Assembly: GCF_000007225.1 (NCBI RefSeq)
Contig: NC_003364.1
Span: 2,040,001 to 2,072,000, forward strand
Reading direction: 5' to 3'
Origin: Pyrobaculum aerophilum str. IM2
GTDB lineage: Archaea > Thermoproteota > Thermoprotei > Thermoproteales > Thermoproteaceae
Length of the DNA stretch: 32,000 bases
The notes below the pieces were generated by a model. The model had not been told where the DNA came from, made no database searches, and worked only from the letters and a program-made list of their open reading frames with translations. Numbering within the stretch: position 1 is the first letter of the stretch; each line of letters opens with the position of its first letter. Positions 1-8,132 of this stretch are shown here, piece by piece. The position numbers and the translations under genes are program-made.

Positions 1-4
1 AGCT

Positions 5-967
5 CTACCGCCATACTACCCTATATTTATACATCACGTATCCGGCCAAGCCCCACGCCATCGCCGTGCCTACCAGGGCGTTTGCCACGAGGGCTGGCAA
101 CCCCATTACTTTTAGGTTAACGGCGACTTGGTAAAGCCATGCGATATAAAGCGAGGCCGCCGCGGCGCCCAGCGGGTGGAGGGCCCCGAGCCACGCCGCC
201 GATATGCCGTAGAGGCCGAATCCCGTGCTGACTTGTTGAAGAGTCATGTACCTCCCTGCCTCCCTGGTCATTATCTCCACTGCGCCCCCAACTCCCGCCA
301 AAGCGCCGCTTAAAAGAAGCGCGCCGATGATATATGCCTTAGGCGATTTGCCGGCGTAGCGGACGATTTCTTCGCCTGATGCCAGAAGCCTTAAAGTGAG
401 CCCAGCTCGGGTTTTATACAGCGCGATTATAGTTATGAGCAACGCGGCGTATAAAACGGCGGCGATAATTAAGCTCAAAGACGGCGCCTCAATTGTTACG
501 ACAAAGCCTTTTTTGGCGGGGTCGCGCAAAGGCCCCTCGACAAAGTATCGGGCAACGTATACAGCCGCCATTGAGAATAGAAATGTGGTCACAGCCTCGT
601 TTATCTCGGCGGCGGCTCTCAACAACGCCGGCGTTAAAGCCCAGGCTGTAGATGTAATGACGGCCAGCGCTAAAGCCTCTAATACGTTGTCAGAGGCCAC
701 GGCGGCGAGGGCGCCCATAATGGCCTGACCCTCTTGGCCTATATTCCAAAGGCCTGAGCGGTAGGACAAAACGCCCGATAGGCTAATAATGGCTACGACG
801 AGAAACACCCTCGTTAAATACTGGAGATCTACTGACGTCAAAGCCTTAGCCGCTCTCTCCGCGTCGCCAGTAAAGGCGAGCACAATTATTAAAACTGTGG
901 CGAGAGAGCCAAAGGCGGCGAGTAGATAAGACAGTGGGTAGGCTTCTCGCCTCTGTACTAGCCTCAT
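5..967 (-). CDS. ABC transporter permease (BMP/nucleoside-simple sugar uptake type)
   Basis: 320-aa ORF that is hydrophobic and multi-spanning throughout. ATGA start/stop overlap (964-967) with the upstream tandem ABC ATPase. Operon order is SBP-ATPase-permease. Confidence 0.8.
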   Translation of the reverse strand: MRLVQRREAYPLSYLLAAFGSLATVLIIVLAFTGDAERAAKALTSVDLQYLTRVFLVVAIISLSGVLSYRSGLWNIGQEGQAIMGALAAVASDNVLEALALAVITSTAWALTPALLRAAAEINEAVTTFLFSMAAVYVARYFVEGPLRDPAKKGFVVTIEAPSLSLIIAAVLYAALLITIIALYKTRAGLTLRLLASGEEIVRYAGKSPKAYIIGALLLSGALAGVGGAVEIMTREAGRYMTLQQVSTGFGLYGISAAWLGALHPLGAAAASLYIAWLYQVAVNLKVMGLPALVANALVGTAMAWGLAGYVMYKYRVVWR

Positions 968-2358
968 TGGGTCATTGCGTCTGCTATTTCGCTGATGTCA
1001 AACGGCGGGGTGAAGACCCCGGTTATCCTCCCCTGTGATATAGTGTATATTTTATCCGCCTTCTCCACGGCCTCTTCCACGTCCTCAACGCTTAAAATCA
1101 CGCCGCCAGACACAGTCTCTCTCACAATGGCGTAGAATTTCTCCGCGGTCTCCACATCGAGTCCCCGCGTGGGGTAAGAGGCTATCAGGATATAAGGCTT
1201 TCTGTACAACACCTCCCGGGCTAGGAGGAGTTTCTGCTGATTGCCTCCAGAGAGAGAAGCGGCCTTCGCCCCTGGGCTGGGGAAGTCGATATCTAACTCC
1301 TTCCTGGCCTCTTCTAACACCTCTAGGCACTTGTCTGAACACCTAATTCTAAAATTATCAATGACAGAGAGGTCTTTTGCCAAGGCGCGTCCGCGGTCTT
1401 CTGGGAGATAGGCCACGCCTTTTTTCAAGAAATAAGTATAGGGCTTGCCTGTCACGTCCTCGCCGTTTATAATAATCCGGCCCCCCTGGGGTTTTTTAAA
1501 ACCAGACAGCAATTCCATCAGCTCCTCCTGTCCGTTGCCCGCGACGCCGAGGACGGCCACCACCTCGCTCCTCCTAAGCTCTATATTTACATCAGTTACC
1601 TTAATTCCTCGCAAGCCCTCTGCTCGGCATATAATGTCGCCGGGGTTGTAAGACTTATAAACGCGGCGTTGTACAACGCCTTGGAACATTGCTGTTAACA
1701 ACTCCCCCTCTTCAAAGGGCTTTTCGTACGTCCCCACTTTCTCGCCTCTCCTCAACACAGTGATTCTATCTGCTATTTCAATTGCCTCTTTTATTTTATG
1801 CGTGACGAAGACAACAGCCTTCCCCATTTTTGCCAAATTCCTTATAATATTTAACAATGCCTTAACTTCACTGGGACTTAGTAGAGAGGTGGGCTCGTCC
1901 ATAAGTATTAACTCGCTGTTTCGGGCGAGCGCCTTCACTATTTCTATTCTTTGTCTCTCGCCCACAGTCAGTTCATAGACGTATTTCTCCAGGGGGAGAT
2001 CAACCCCTAGAGACTTGCCCATTTCCACTGCCTTAGACACATCGATCCCGGCGAGTTTTAAATTCTCCCTTACAGTTAAGGTGTCTATTAAGGCGAAGTG
2101 TTGTGAAATTAAAGAAATGCCCAGCCTCGCCGCGTGACTAGGCGAGTTTATAGAAGTCTTACGGCCCCTTATGTATATCTCCCCAGCGTCTGGCTTATAA
2201 ACGCCGTAGAGAATAGAAATAAGCGTTGACTTCCCCGCCCCGTTCTCTCCTAACAAGCCGTGGATCTCGCCTATTTTAACGTCAAAATCAACTCCGTTTA
2301 GGGCAGTTACGCCGGGAAAAAACTTCTTTATCCCAACGGCCCTGAGGAAAAACTCCAT
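964..2358 (-). CDS. ABC transporter ATP-binding protein, tandem (two-domain) ATPase
   Basis: Walker A GENGAGKST near the N-terminus, Walker B LILMDEPTS, and a second-half signature LSGGNQQK. 464 aa is the size of a duplicated ABC ATPase of BMP/sugar systems. It starts 1 nt after the SBP stop. Confidence 0.9.
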   Translation of the reverse strand: MEFFLRAVGIKKFFPGVTALNGVDFDVKIGEIHGLLGENGAGKSTLISILYGVYKPDAGEIYIRGRKTSINSPSHAARLGISLISQHFALIDTLTVRENLKLAGIDVSKAVEMGKSLGVDLPLEKYVYELTVGERQRIEIVKALARNSELILMDEPTSLLSPSEVKALLNIIRNLAKMGKAVVFVTHKIKEAIEIADRITVLRRGEKVGTYEKPFEEGELLTAMFQGVVQRRVYKSYNPGDIICRAEGLRGIKVTDVNIELRRSEVVAVLGVAGNGQEELMELLSGFKKPQGGRIIINGEDVTGKPYTYFLKKGVAYLPEDRGRALAKDLSVIDNFRIRCSDKCLEVLEEARKELDIDFPSPGAKAASLSGGNQQKLLLAREVLYRKPYILIASYPTRGLDVETAEKFYAIVRETVSGGVILSVEDVEEAVEKADKIYTISQGRITGVFTPPFDISEIADAMTQ

Positions 2359-2359
2359 T

Positions 2360-3655
2360 TCACGCCGGGAGTTGCCCGTAGCCCTCGACGTACCAATCCA
2401 TGTTGTATAGATCGTCTTTGCTCAGCCTCGCCCTGTCGGGCACTTTGACATTTCCCTTCATGTCCCTCACGGGCCCTGTGAAGGGGTCCCACACGCCCTC
2501 AATTATCTCCCTACGCCTCTTCTCCACATATACTCTAACTTCCTCTGGCACCGCCTGATTAAGCGGGAGTATAATGTCGGCGGGGTTTTTCTTGTAGTCG
2601 TAATTAGAATAGGCGTTTTTCATACTCCACCAGTAGTCCCTAGGCCTCTCAGGAGGCCACTCAGACCACAGCGCCAGCTCGCCAGATATCCAAGCCAGGT
2701 AGGCCCGTATTACCATTTCCACGTATAAGGGGCCCCAGTTGACTATTTGACCGGTGAGATGCGCGGTGGGGCCGTATTGAGACATATCGCTGTAATGCGA
2801 AAAGGACCACACCCTCCTCCCCCGCTTTTGGTAATCCTCAGCCACTTGCAACACAGTTGGGGAGTCCTCTGTAAAGGCCAAGACGTCGGCGCCGCTGGTT
2901 TCAACAAGCGTAATAGCAGCTTTTTTGGCGTTGTCTGGCGAATACCACGATCCTAGCTGGATTACGTCCATTGTCGCATTGGGGTTTACCTCTCTAGCGC
3001 CTATTAAAAAGGCGTTCATGTGGCGGATAATCTCAGGCAACTTTGCGAACGCGGCTACGTATCCCAGTTTATTAGTCTTAGTCATCTTCCCGGCGACGAT
3101 TCCGTTTAGATAATACGCCTCGTATAAGTCGATGAAATACTCGGCGAAGTTCTTGAGCCTAGCCCACTCTTCCTGGTCTTTGAAATAGCCGGAGCAGTGG
3201 GCAAAGAAGCGGTCTGGATTTTCGGCAGCGGCTTGTTTAGTCCCGTCCATAAAACCGTATGAAGTCGTAAAGACCATGTGAGCCCCGTCTGATATCGCCT
3301 TCTTTATGTACGTGTAGGCTTGTTCCTCAGGCACGCTTTCAGTGTATGAAGTCTTCACAATACACCACTTCTGAGGATCTGGGCAGAGGGCACTTTCTAA
3401 GTATCTTCTGCCTTGGTCGTGGGCGTGGGTCCAGCCGTAATCGCCGATAGGACCTACGTATATAAAATGCACTTTCATTACGGGGAGCCCGGCGGCAGTT
3501 TTCTGGGCCTCCGCCACTGTGGGAGATGGCGTCGTTGTCCTCTCCACGGCAGTTTTTATGCTCTGTAGCGCCGCGTATGTGGCGCCTGCGCCTACTACGG
3601 CACCAGCGGCGAAAGACGCAATCGCCTTTAGCCAATCTCTTCTGGTCGCCGCCAT
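2360..3655 (-). CDS. BMP-family (PnrA-like) ABC substrate-binding protein with twin-arginine signal
   Basis: N-terminus MAATRRDWLKAIASFAAGAVVGAG matches the Tat consensus (T-RR-x-W/F-L-K plus an h-region). The rest is a periplasmic-binding-protein-like alpha/beta sequence. It is the first gene of the ABC operon. Confidence 0.8.
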   Translation of the reverse strand: MAATRRDWLKAIASFAAGAVVGAGATYAALQSIKTAVERTTTPSPTVAEAQKTAAGLPVMKVHFIYVGPIGDYGWTHAHDQGRRYLESALCPDPQKWCIVKTSYTESVPEEQAYTYIKKAISDGAHMVFTTSYGFMDGTKQAAAENPDRFFAHCSGYFKDQEEWARLKNFAEYFIDLYEAYYLNGIVAGKMTKTNKLGYVAAFAKLPEIIRHMNAFLIGAREVNPNATMDVIQLGSWYSPDNAKKAAITLVETSGADVLAFTEDSPTVLQVAEDYQKRGRRVWSFSHYSDMSQYGPTAHLTGQIVNWGPLYVEMVIRAYLAWISGELALWSEWPPERPRDYWWSMKNAYSNYDYKKNPADIILPLNQAVPEEVRVYVEKRRREIIEGVWDPFTGPVRDMKGNVKVPDRARLSKDDLYNMDWYVEGYGQLPA

Positions 3656-3724
3656 GAAGCAACTTCTTAATATGGTATATAAACTTTATCTTTGGATCAG
3701 CGTTTTTATTTAAGTGGCTGGTTA

Positions 3725-3782
3725 AATTCAGCTACCCTAGGATCGAGCATCTAGCTCTCGGGCATGATTTTCATCATGACAG
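3725..3782 (-). ncRNA. candidate C/D box sRNA (2'-O-methylation guide)
   Basis: Minus strand has a perfect C box ATGATGA (3777..3771) and a perfect D box CTGA (3731..3728), separated by 39 nt. The canonical archaeal layout is 12+4+3+7+12. A TATA-like TAAATTTAAATT (3809..3798) is centred about 26 nt upstream of the C box. The internal C'/D' boxes are degenerate. Confidence 0.4.
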
Positions 3783-3806
3783 AACTATCACCTCGAGAAT
3801 TTAAAT

Positions 3807-5189
3807 TTAGCCCAAAAAACCCCTTATCCTGCCCAGAGCAATTGCGTGTGGTTGTGTATCTGCCGAATTTAACAATGTGATGTACGTGCGATCAGGCTCT
3901 GGCTTTATGCCAAGTATGTCAAAGGCGTTGTCTATGTCCTTAACTATCTCCCCTCCTAGGGTTTTTTCAGCCCTCTCTCTGCTGTAAAACCTCGATTCAA
4001 ATTTCCACTCTTCTACGGTTGCGGGCAGCGCTCTCAACACGTCATCTAACAAGTCGTTTTTATATGCCCATGCTATAAACCGTGCGTCGAGCAGTGTTGG
4101 CGGCACGCCCGCGAAATACCAAGTTGCTGTGTACACAATAGCCCTGGGGACGCGCCACTCCACTCCCTCTATAACTCTCCCGTACTCCCTCCAAGAGACG
4201 CGATCTCTAGTGGAAGGGATGGCGTTGGCTAATTCGGCTATTTTGCCTATATAAGGCCTTATGGCTTCGCGGTAGAGCTCTGAGGCTTTTGTAATCCACG
4301 CCTCTTCGACGTGTAAACGACGGGGCGTATAGACGCTTAATATGGCCTCTCTTACCTTTTGATACTCGGCGTAAGACACGTCGTATCTAACGGCTGATTG
4401 AATAGTGGCAGTCTTATAGCCGGCGTATTGCGCCGCCTCGGGAACTGCCAAATGGGGATTGTTGAGGCCGCCTCTAAATGGGGGCGATCCCATGCCGACA
4501 ATGGGAGATATCTTAAACTCCCCATCTCTGTTTATCTCGGAGATTTGGCCAAGCGCTTTTACCATGGCCAGCGCGGAGGCCATATGCCCGTGGCGCACCG
4601 CTGAGTCGGATATCCCCAGGAATATTCTCATGTGTTCTAAAATGCGGCCGCTCTGCGCCGCCGTTCGGAATAAGGCTTTTATGAAACTCTCTATTTTTAT
4701 CTGGCGCATGGCGTCTTCTACAAGCGGTATCAGCTCTATGGATGAGTCGCGTTTTACTGCGTTTAGCTCGGCCAAGTCTCTGGCCTTCATGTCCAGCGCC
4801 TTATATACAAAGGCCATAGTCTCCACATCTTCAGTCATTGGCAGTACAACCCACTTAACTGCCTGGACCCCAGCCGCCCTCTGTGAGTAGCTGTTGGCCA
4901 AAACTGCCGCCTCAAGCGACAGCATGCTGCGTTCAAAATCCTCAAGGCGGGGGTTGGGCACTCTTGGCGTTATGAAAAACCGCTCGCCCAGGGGAAGCCC
5001 CAGCGCCAGCGCCTTAGAGGCCACGTCTCTAGGTTGTGAATAGGGAGTTGCCTTCCCTTCGTAGTCCACCATGACCTCGTCGCATCCATAGGCCAAAAAC
5101 GCGACTACTGCCTCGTCTACTTCCTCTCCCGCCGTGATTTTAACTGTGGAGTCGGGGTGTTGAGTACACATAAGACACGGTATATACAT
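3807..5189 (-). CDS. ppcA: archaeal-type phosphoenolpyruvate carboxylase
   Basis: N-terminal MYIPCLMCTQHPDS matches the conserved (M)STQHPD motif of archaeal PEPC. Length (about 460 aa) and the C-terminal ...RIRGFLG are consistent with the family. Confidence 0.85.
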   Translation of the reverse strand: MYIPCLMCTQHPDSTVKITAGEEVDEAVVAFLAYGCDEVMVDYEGKATPYSQPRDVASKALALGLPLGERFFITPRVPNPRLEDFERSMLSLEAAVLANSYSQRAAGVQAVKWVVLPMTEDVETMAFVYKALDMKARDLAELNAVKRDSSIELIPLVEDAMRQIKIESFIKALFRTAAQSGRILEHMRIFLGISDSAVRHGHMASALAMVKALGQISEINRDGEFKISPIVGMGSPPFRGGLNNPHLAVPEAAQYAGYKTATIQSAVRYDVSYAEYQKVREAILSVYTPRRLHVEEAWITKASELYREAIRPYIGKIAELANAIPSTRDRVSWREYGRVIEGVEWRVPRAIVYTATWYFAGVPPTLLDARFIAWAYKNDLLDDVLRALPATVEEWKFESRFYSRERAEKTLGGEIVKDIDNAFDILGIKPEPDRTYITLLNSADTQPHAIALGRIRGFLG

Positions 5190-5208
5190 TATGATAGTTC
5201 ATGTGAAT

Positions 5209-5222
5209 CCTATATATACTTT
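5209..5222 (-). promoter_or_regulatory. TATA box for ppcA (leaderless)
   Basis: Minus strand AAGTATATATAGG lies 20-33 nt upstream of ATG 5189, inside the 38-bp gap after the MBL gene stop. Confidence 0.5.
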
Positions 5223-5227
5223 GTGCG

Positions 5228-6172
5228 TTATAAATATCTGGTTAGACCCACTGAGCCGGGTATTGTATACGCCTTAAGGCCGATTTTCCTAAGATATCTG
5301 GCGAGCCTCTCGGAGAAACCGTATACGGTGTACACAAGTCTGGGCGAGGCCGCGGTGGCGAATTCCACAAGACTGGGGAAATCGCTGTGGTCGCTCAGCG
5401 GTATGCCGTAGACTCCCCTGGATATTGCGTTTTTCCTAAGGCGTTCGTCTGCGTACCAACCGCTTACGTCTATCTTGAAGTAATTCGGCGGAGCGGCCTT
5501 GAGGTTAGGCACAACTATGACCTCATCGCCGTTGCCCGTGGGAATGCCGAGGGCTTTGTTGTACTTAGCTACGGAGGCGTGGGCGCCGGCCTTATTGCCA
5601 AGTAACTTGGCGATCTCCTGTGCCTTGCCGAGGGGATAGGCGGAAATAGCCACTCCCCCCTCGCTGATGCCCCTCTCCACTACGTCTAAAAACTCTTCGT
5701 ATACCTCAGCTCTGTTGGGAAAGACGTAAGAGGGATCGCCGTATGTTGCCTCCATTACCAACACGTCAGGCCTCTCTATTGGCTCTGCGGCGTCTGTGAG
5801 TATAGATCCTGCGGTGTTGAAATCCCCCGTGACTAGTATTTGTACTCCGTCAACCTCGGCGAGGTACATAACGCTCCCTAGGATGTGCCCTGCCTCTAGC
5901 ACCGCTATTTGGACTCCCCCAATCTCTAAGACGTTTCCAGGCGCGACAGTTACACGCCGCGGCGGAGGGTTGCCAAATCTAACGGACATGGCGCTGAAGG
6001 TCTCTCTCGTGGCGACTACAGTGTGTCTGTACGCGTGTTTTGAAACGTGATCGCTGTGTCCGTGCGTAATAAGTACAAAATCCACAGGGCCTGTGAGAGG
6101 CCCTGTGGGATCTACCACAAACCTTACCCTACGCCCTTCGATATATATGCCGCGGTCGTAATATATCCTCAC
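5228..6172 (-). CDS. metallo-beta-lactamase fold hydrolase (short beta-CASP/COG1236-like)
   Basis: HxHxDH motif (ITHGHSDH) near the N-terminus, with later His/Asp motifs (EAGHILGS, VTGDF, LSDHSD). GTG start at 6172 with CATAAAAAT about 25-30 nt upstream. Confidence 0.7.
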   Translation of the reverse strand: MRIYYDRGIYIEGRRVRFVVDPTGPLTGPVDFVLITHGHSDHVSKHAYRHTVVATRETFSAMSVRFGNPPPRRVTVAPGNVLEIGGVQIAVLEAGHILGSVMYLAEVDGVQILVTGDFNTAGSILTDAAEPIERPDVLVMEATYGDPSYVFPNRAEVYEEFLDVVERGISEGGVAISAYPLGKAQEIAKLLGNKAGAHASVAKYNKALGIPTGNGDEVIVVPNLKAAPPNYFKIDVSGWYADERLRKNAISRGVYGIPLSDHSDFPSLVEFATAASPRLVYTVYGFSERLARYLRKIGLKAYTIPGSVGLTRYL

Positions 6173-6483
6173 GTCAAGAAGTTACACCTCATTTTTATGT
6201 ATCACAACGCCCTGGGGGTACTGACGTCGGCTGGTTTAATCCTCTGTATTTGTCAGTTTGCCCTTTCTCCGCCGGTCTACTGCGCCTCTCAGCGACTTCA
6301 ACCGGCGCAAGGCGTCTAGGTAGCCGGAGTAGAGTTCTACACTGTCCGCCTTTGCCCTCCTCGTCAGCGCTTTCAGCACGGCGGTTTTACCTCGTTTTTG
6401 AGGCAGATACCCCTATACAGAGAGCGGATAAAAATAGCGCATAGCTATATAGACAACAGGAGAAGGGGAGCAGGAGGAGTGAG

Positions 6484-6493
6484 ATTTTAAAAT
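6484..6493 (+). promoter_or_regulatory. TATA box (ATTTTAAAAT) for the C/D sRNA candidate
   Basis: Centred about 23 nt upstream of the C box at 6512. Confidence 0.45.
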
Positions 6494-6508
6494 TGGGACG
6501 GAGTAATA

Positions 6509-6574
6509 CATGTGATGTAGTGTCCCTTTGCCGACTCTGTGACGACGTACGCCACAGCCTGAGATCGCATTTTT
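6509..6574 (+). ncRNA. candidate C/D box sRNA (2'-O-methylation guide)
   Basis: Boxes are C GTGATGT (6512-6518), a 12-nt guide, D' CCGA (6531-6534), a 4-nt spacer, C' GTGACGA (6539-6545), a 13-nt guide and D CTGA (6559-6562). A T5 run at 6570-6574 follows and a TATA box lies upstream. It sits in a 488-bp gap between two minus-strand genes. Confidence 0.55.
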
Positions 6575-6660
6575 CACTCCGCGTACTTAGGACTCCGGAG
6601 TGGGGCGGATCTGCACCGCCGGTTGCTTGGCGGGGACACCCCCGGAGTTAAAATGAGACT

Positions 6661-8127
6661 TTAATTCCCGCGCTCGCCTTGGCTTGAGGGAGGCACGGCA
6701 TTTCTCGTCCTTCGCAACGAGTAGGCCTTTATTCCCAATTTGCGCAGGCTTTCTGCCACGTCTAGGCTCAGCCCTCCGCTGTAGCAGTAGAAGACGTATG
6801 TCTTGTCCCTGCCCAATTTATCCACAAGGGCTAACACGTCGTCCACTCCTGCCCTAACCGCTCCTGGGAGGTGCCATTTTTTATACGACTCCTCGTCTCT
6901 AAGGTCTACAATAACAGCGCCTTCAGGCGCCGAGTCTATCTCAATGTCGTGGGGCGGGGTGAGCGCCTTTATGAATTCATCAAGCTCTCTCTTCCTCACA
7001 ATTTTCGCGTTATTAACTACTTCAGTAATTGCGTCGTATAGCGCCAAGTCAATTGCCTCTACCTCCTCTCTCAATGCCCATTTTCTAGGCCTCCGGCTGA
7101 AAACTGCGCAGTACTCCGGGAGTTTTGCAGAGAGCTCATAAGTCCCGATTTTCTGAGCGTGTTTTACAATTTCGTCTTTGTCCATGCCTATTAACGGTCT
7201 GAGAATCGGCATGTCTATCCCGGCCTCTACAGCAGCTAATGCTTGTAAAGTCTGCGATGAGACTTGCCCAAGGGACTCGCCAGTGGCCAGGGCAATGGCG
7301 CCTAATCTTTTCGCGATTTCAACGCCTATGCGATATAAAGCCCGCTTAAAGGCTATATTCCACAGCTCCTCCCTAACCCCCCTCCTCATGGCCCTGGCCA
7401 CGGGGCCGCAGTCAGCTATTATCACCCGGGCGTTATAGCCGTACGACCACGCGAGAAGCCGTTTAATAACCTCTAAGGCGTGTCGCAGTGTGATTGTGCC
7501 GCCTAAGTTGCAATAGAGGACGTCGACATGTGCCCCCCTCCTCATTAACATCCACGCCGCCACCGGTGAGTCAATACCGGCCGAAACTAAGGCGAGGACC
7601 TTCCCCTCCGATCCGAGGGGGAGACCCCCGGGGCCTTCAATAACCTCTGTGTAGAAATACGCCCTATTCCCCCTTATCTCAATATAAAACTCCAGTTCTG
7701 GATCCTCAAGATCAACCCTACCGCCTGCGGCGACTAACACAGCGCCTACCTCCGCCGCCACCTCTCTAGACGTAAAGGCGTGCTCCCCCACTCTGTGCAC
7801 TCTAACTGCGAACCTCTTACCGGCAACTATCCCGCTCCACAAATCGGCGGCCTCTAAGGCGATATCCGTAATTTTTTGATAGGTAATGACCCGAGCTGGG
7901 CTCACAGACTTAACTCCAAAGACTTTTGATAGTGCTTTTTTGAGACAGTTAACATCGCCATAGGCGTATATCCTCCCCGGCTCTTTTTCAAACCTCGCCC
8001 CTCCGCACTCCTCAGCCGCCTCTCTAGCCGCACGTAACAATAGCCTCTCCATCTCCGCCCTAGTGAGGCCTCTCTTTACTGTCAGCTCGCCAACTCTGAT
8101 AATAACTACCTCCACGTATATATCCAA
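6661..8127 (-). CDS. thiI: tRNA 4-thiouridine synthase ThiI (THUMP + PP-loop ATPase + C-terminal rhodanese)
   Basis: PP-loop SAGIDSPVAA, an N-terminal ferredoxin-like/THUMP region, and a C-terminal rhodanese-like segment with YCYSGGLS (active-site Cys loop). Confidence 0.9.
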   Translation of the reverse strand: MDIYVEVVIIRVGELTVKRGLTRAEMERLLLRAAREAAEECGGARFEKEPGRIYAYGDVNCLKKALSKVFGVKSVSPARVITYQKITDIALEAADLWSGIVAGKRFAVRVHRVGEHAFTSREVAAEVGAVLVAAGGRVDLEDPELEFYIEIRGNRAYFYTEVIEGPGGLPLGSEGKVLALVSAGIDSPVAAWMLMRRGAHVDVLYCNLGGTITLRHALEVIKRLLAWSYGYNARVIIADCGPVARAMRRGVREELWNIAFKRALYRIGVEIAKRLGAIALATGESLGQVSSQTLQALAAVEAGIDMPILRPLIGMDKDEIVKHAQKIGTYELSAKLPEYCAVFSRRPRKWALREEVEAIDLALYDAITEVVNNAKIVRKRELDEFIKALTPPHDIEIDSAPEGAVIVDLRDEESYKKWHLPGAVRAGVDDVLALVDKLGRDKTYVFYCYSGGLSLDVAESLRKLGIKAYSLRRTRNAVPPSSQGERGN

Positions 8128-8132
8128 ACCCC

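Noticed and set aside
128-728. Plus-strand track ORFs 128-313 and 396-728, and similar ORFs antisense to confident genes (for example 1445-1651, 1760-1978, 4459-4890, 6803-7141, 8815-9165, 11723-12058, 23703-24008, 25756-26133, 26867-27196, 29727-30050).
   Set aside because: They lie entirely within, and antisense or out of frame to, genes with strong family motifs. Their low-complexity Ser/Pro/Arg/Ala-rich composition is typical of shadow ORFs in moderately GC-rich DNA.
6236-6442. Minus-strand small ORF MRYFYPLSV-TAG-GYLPQKRGKTAVLKALTRRAKADSVELYSGYLDALRRLKSLRGAVDRRRKGKLTNTED, with an in-frame amber codon at 6413-6415.
   Set aside because: The sequence looks protein-like and contains GKT, but the spacing is not a canonical Walker A. 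The ATG has no correctly spaced TATA box, and the only uninterrupted version starts at a GTG (47 aa). I cannot distinguish a gene remnant from chance. A translated search would settle it.
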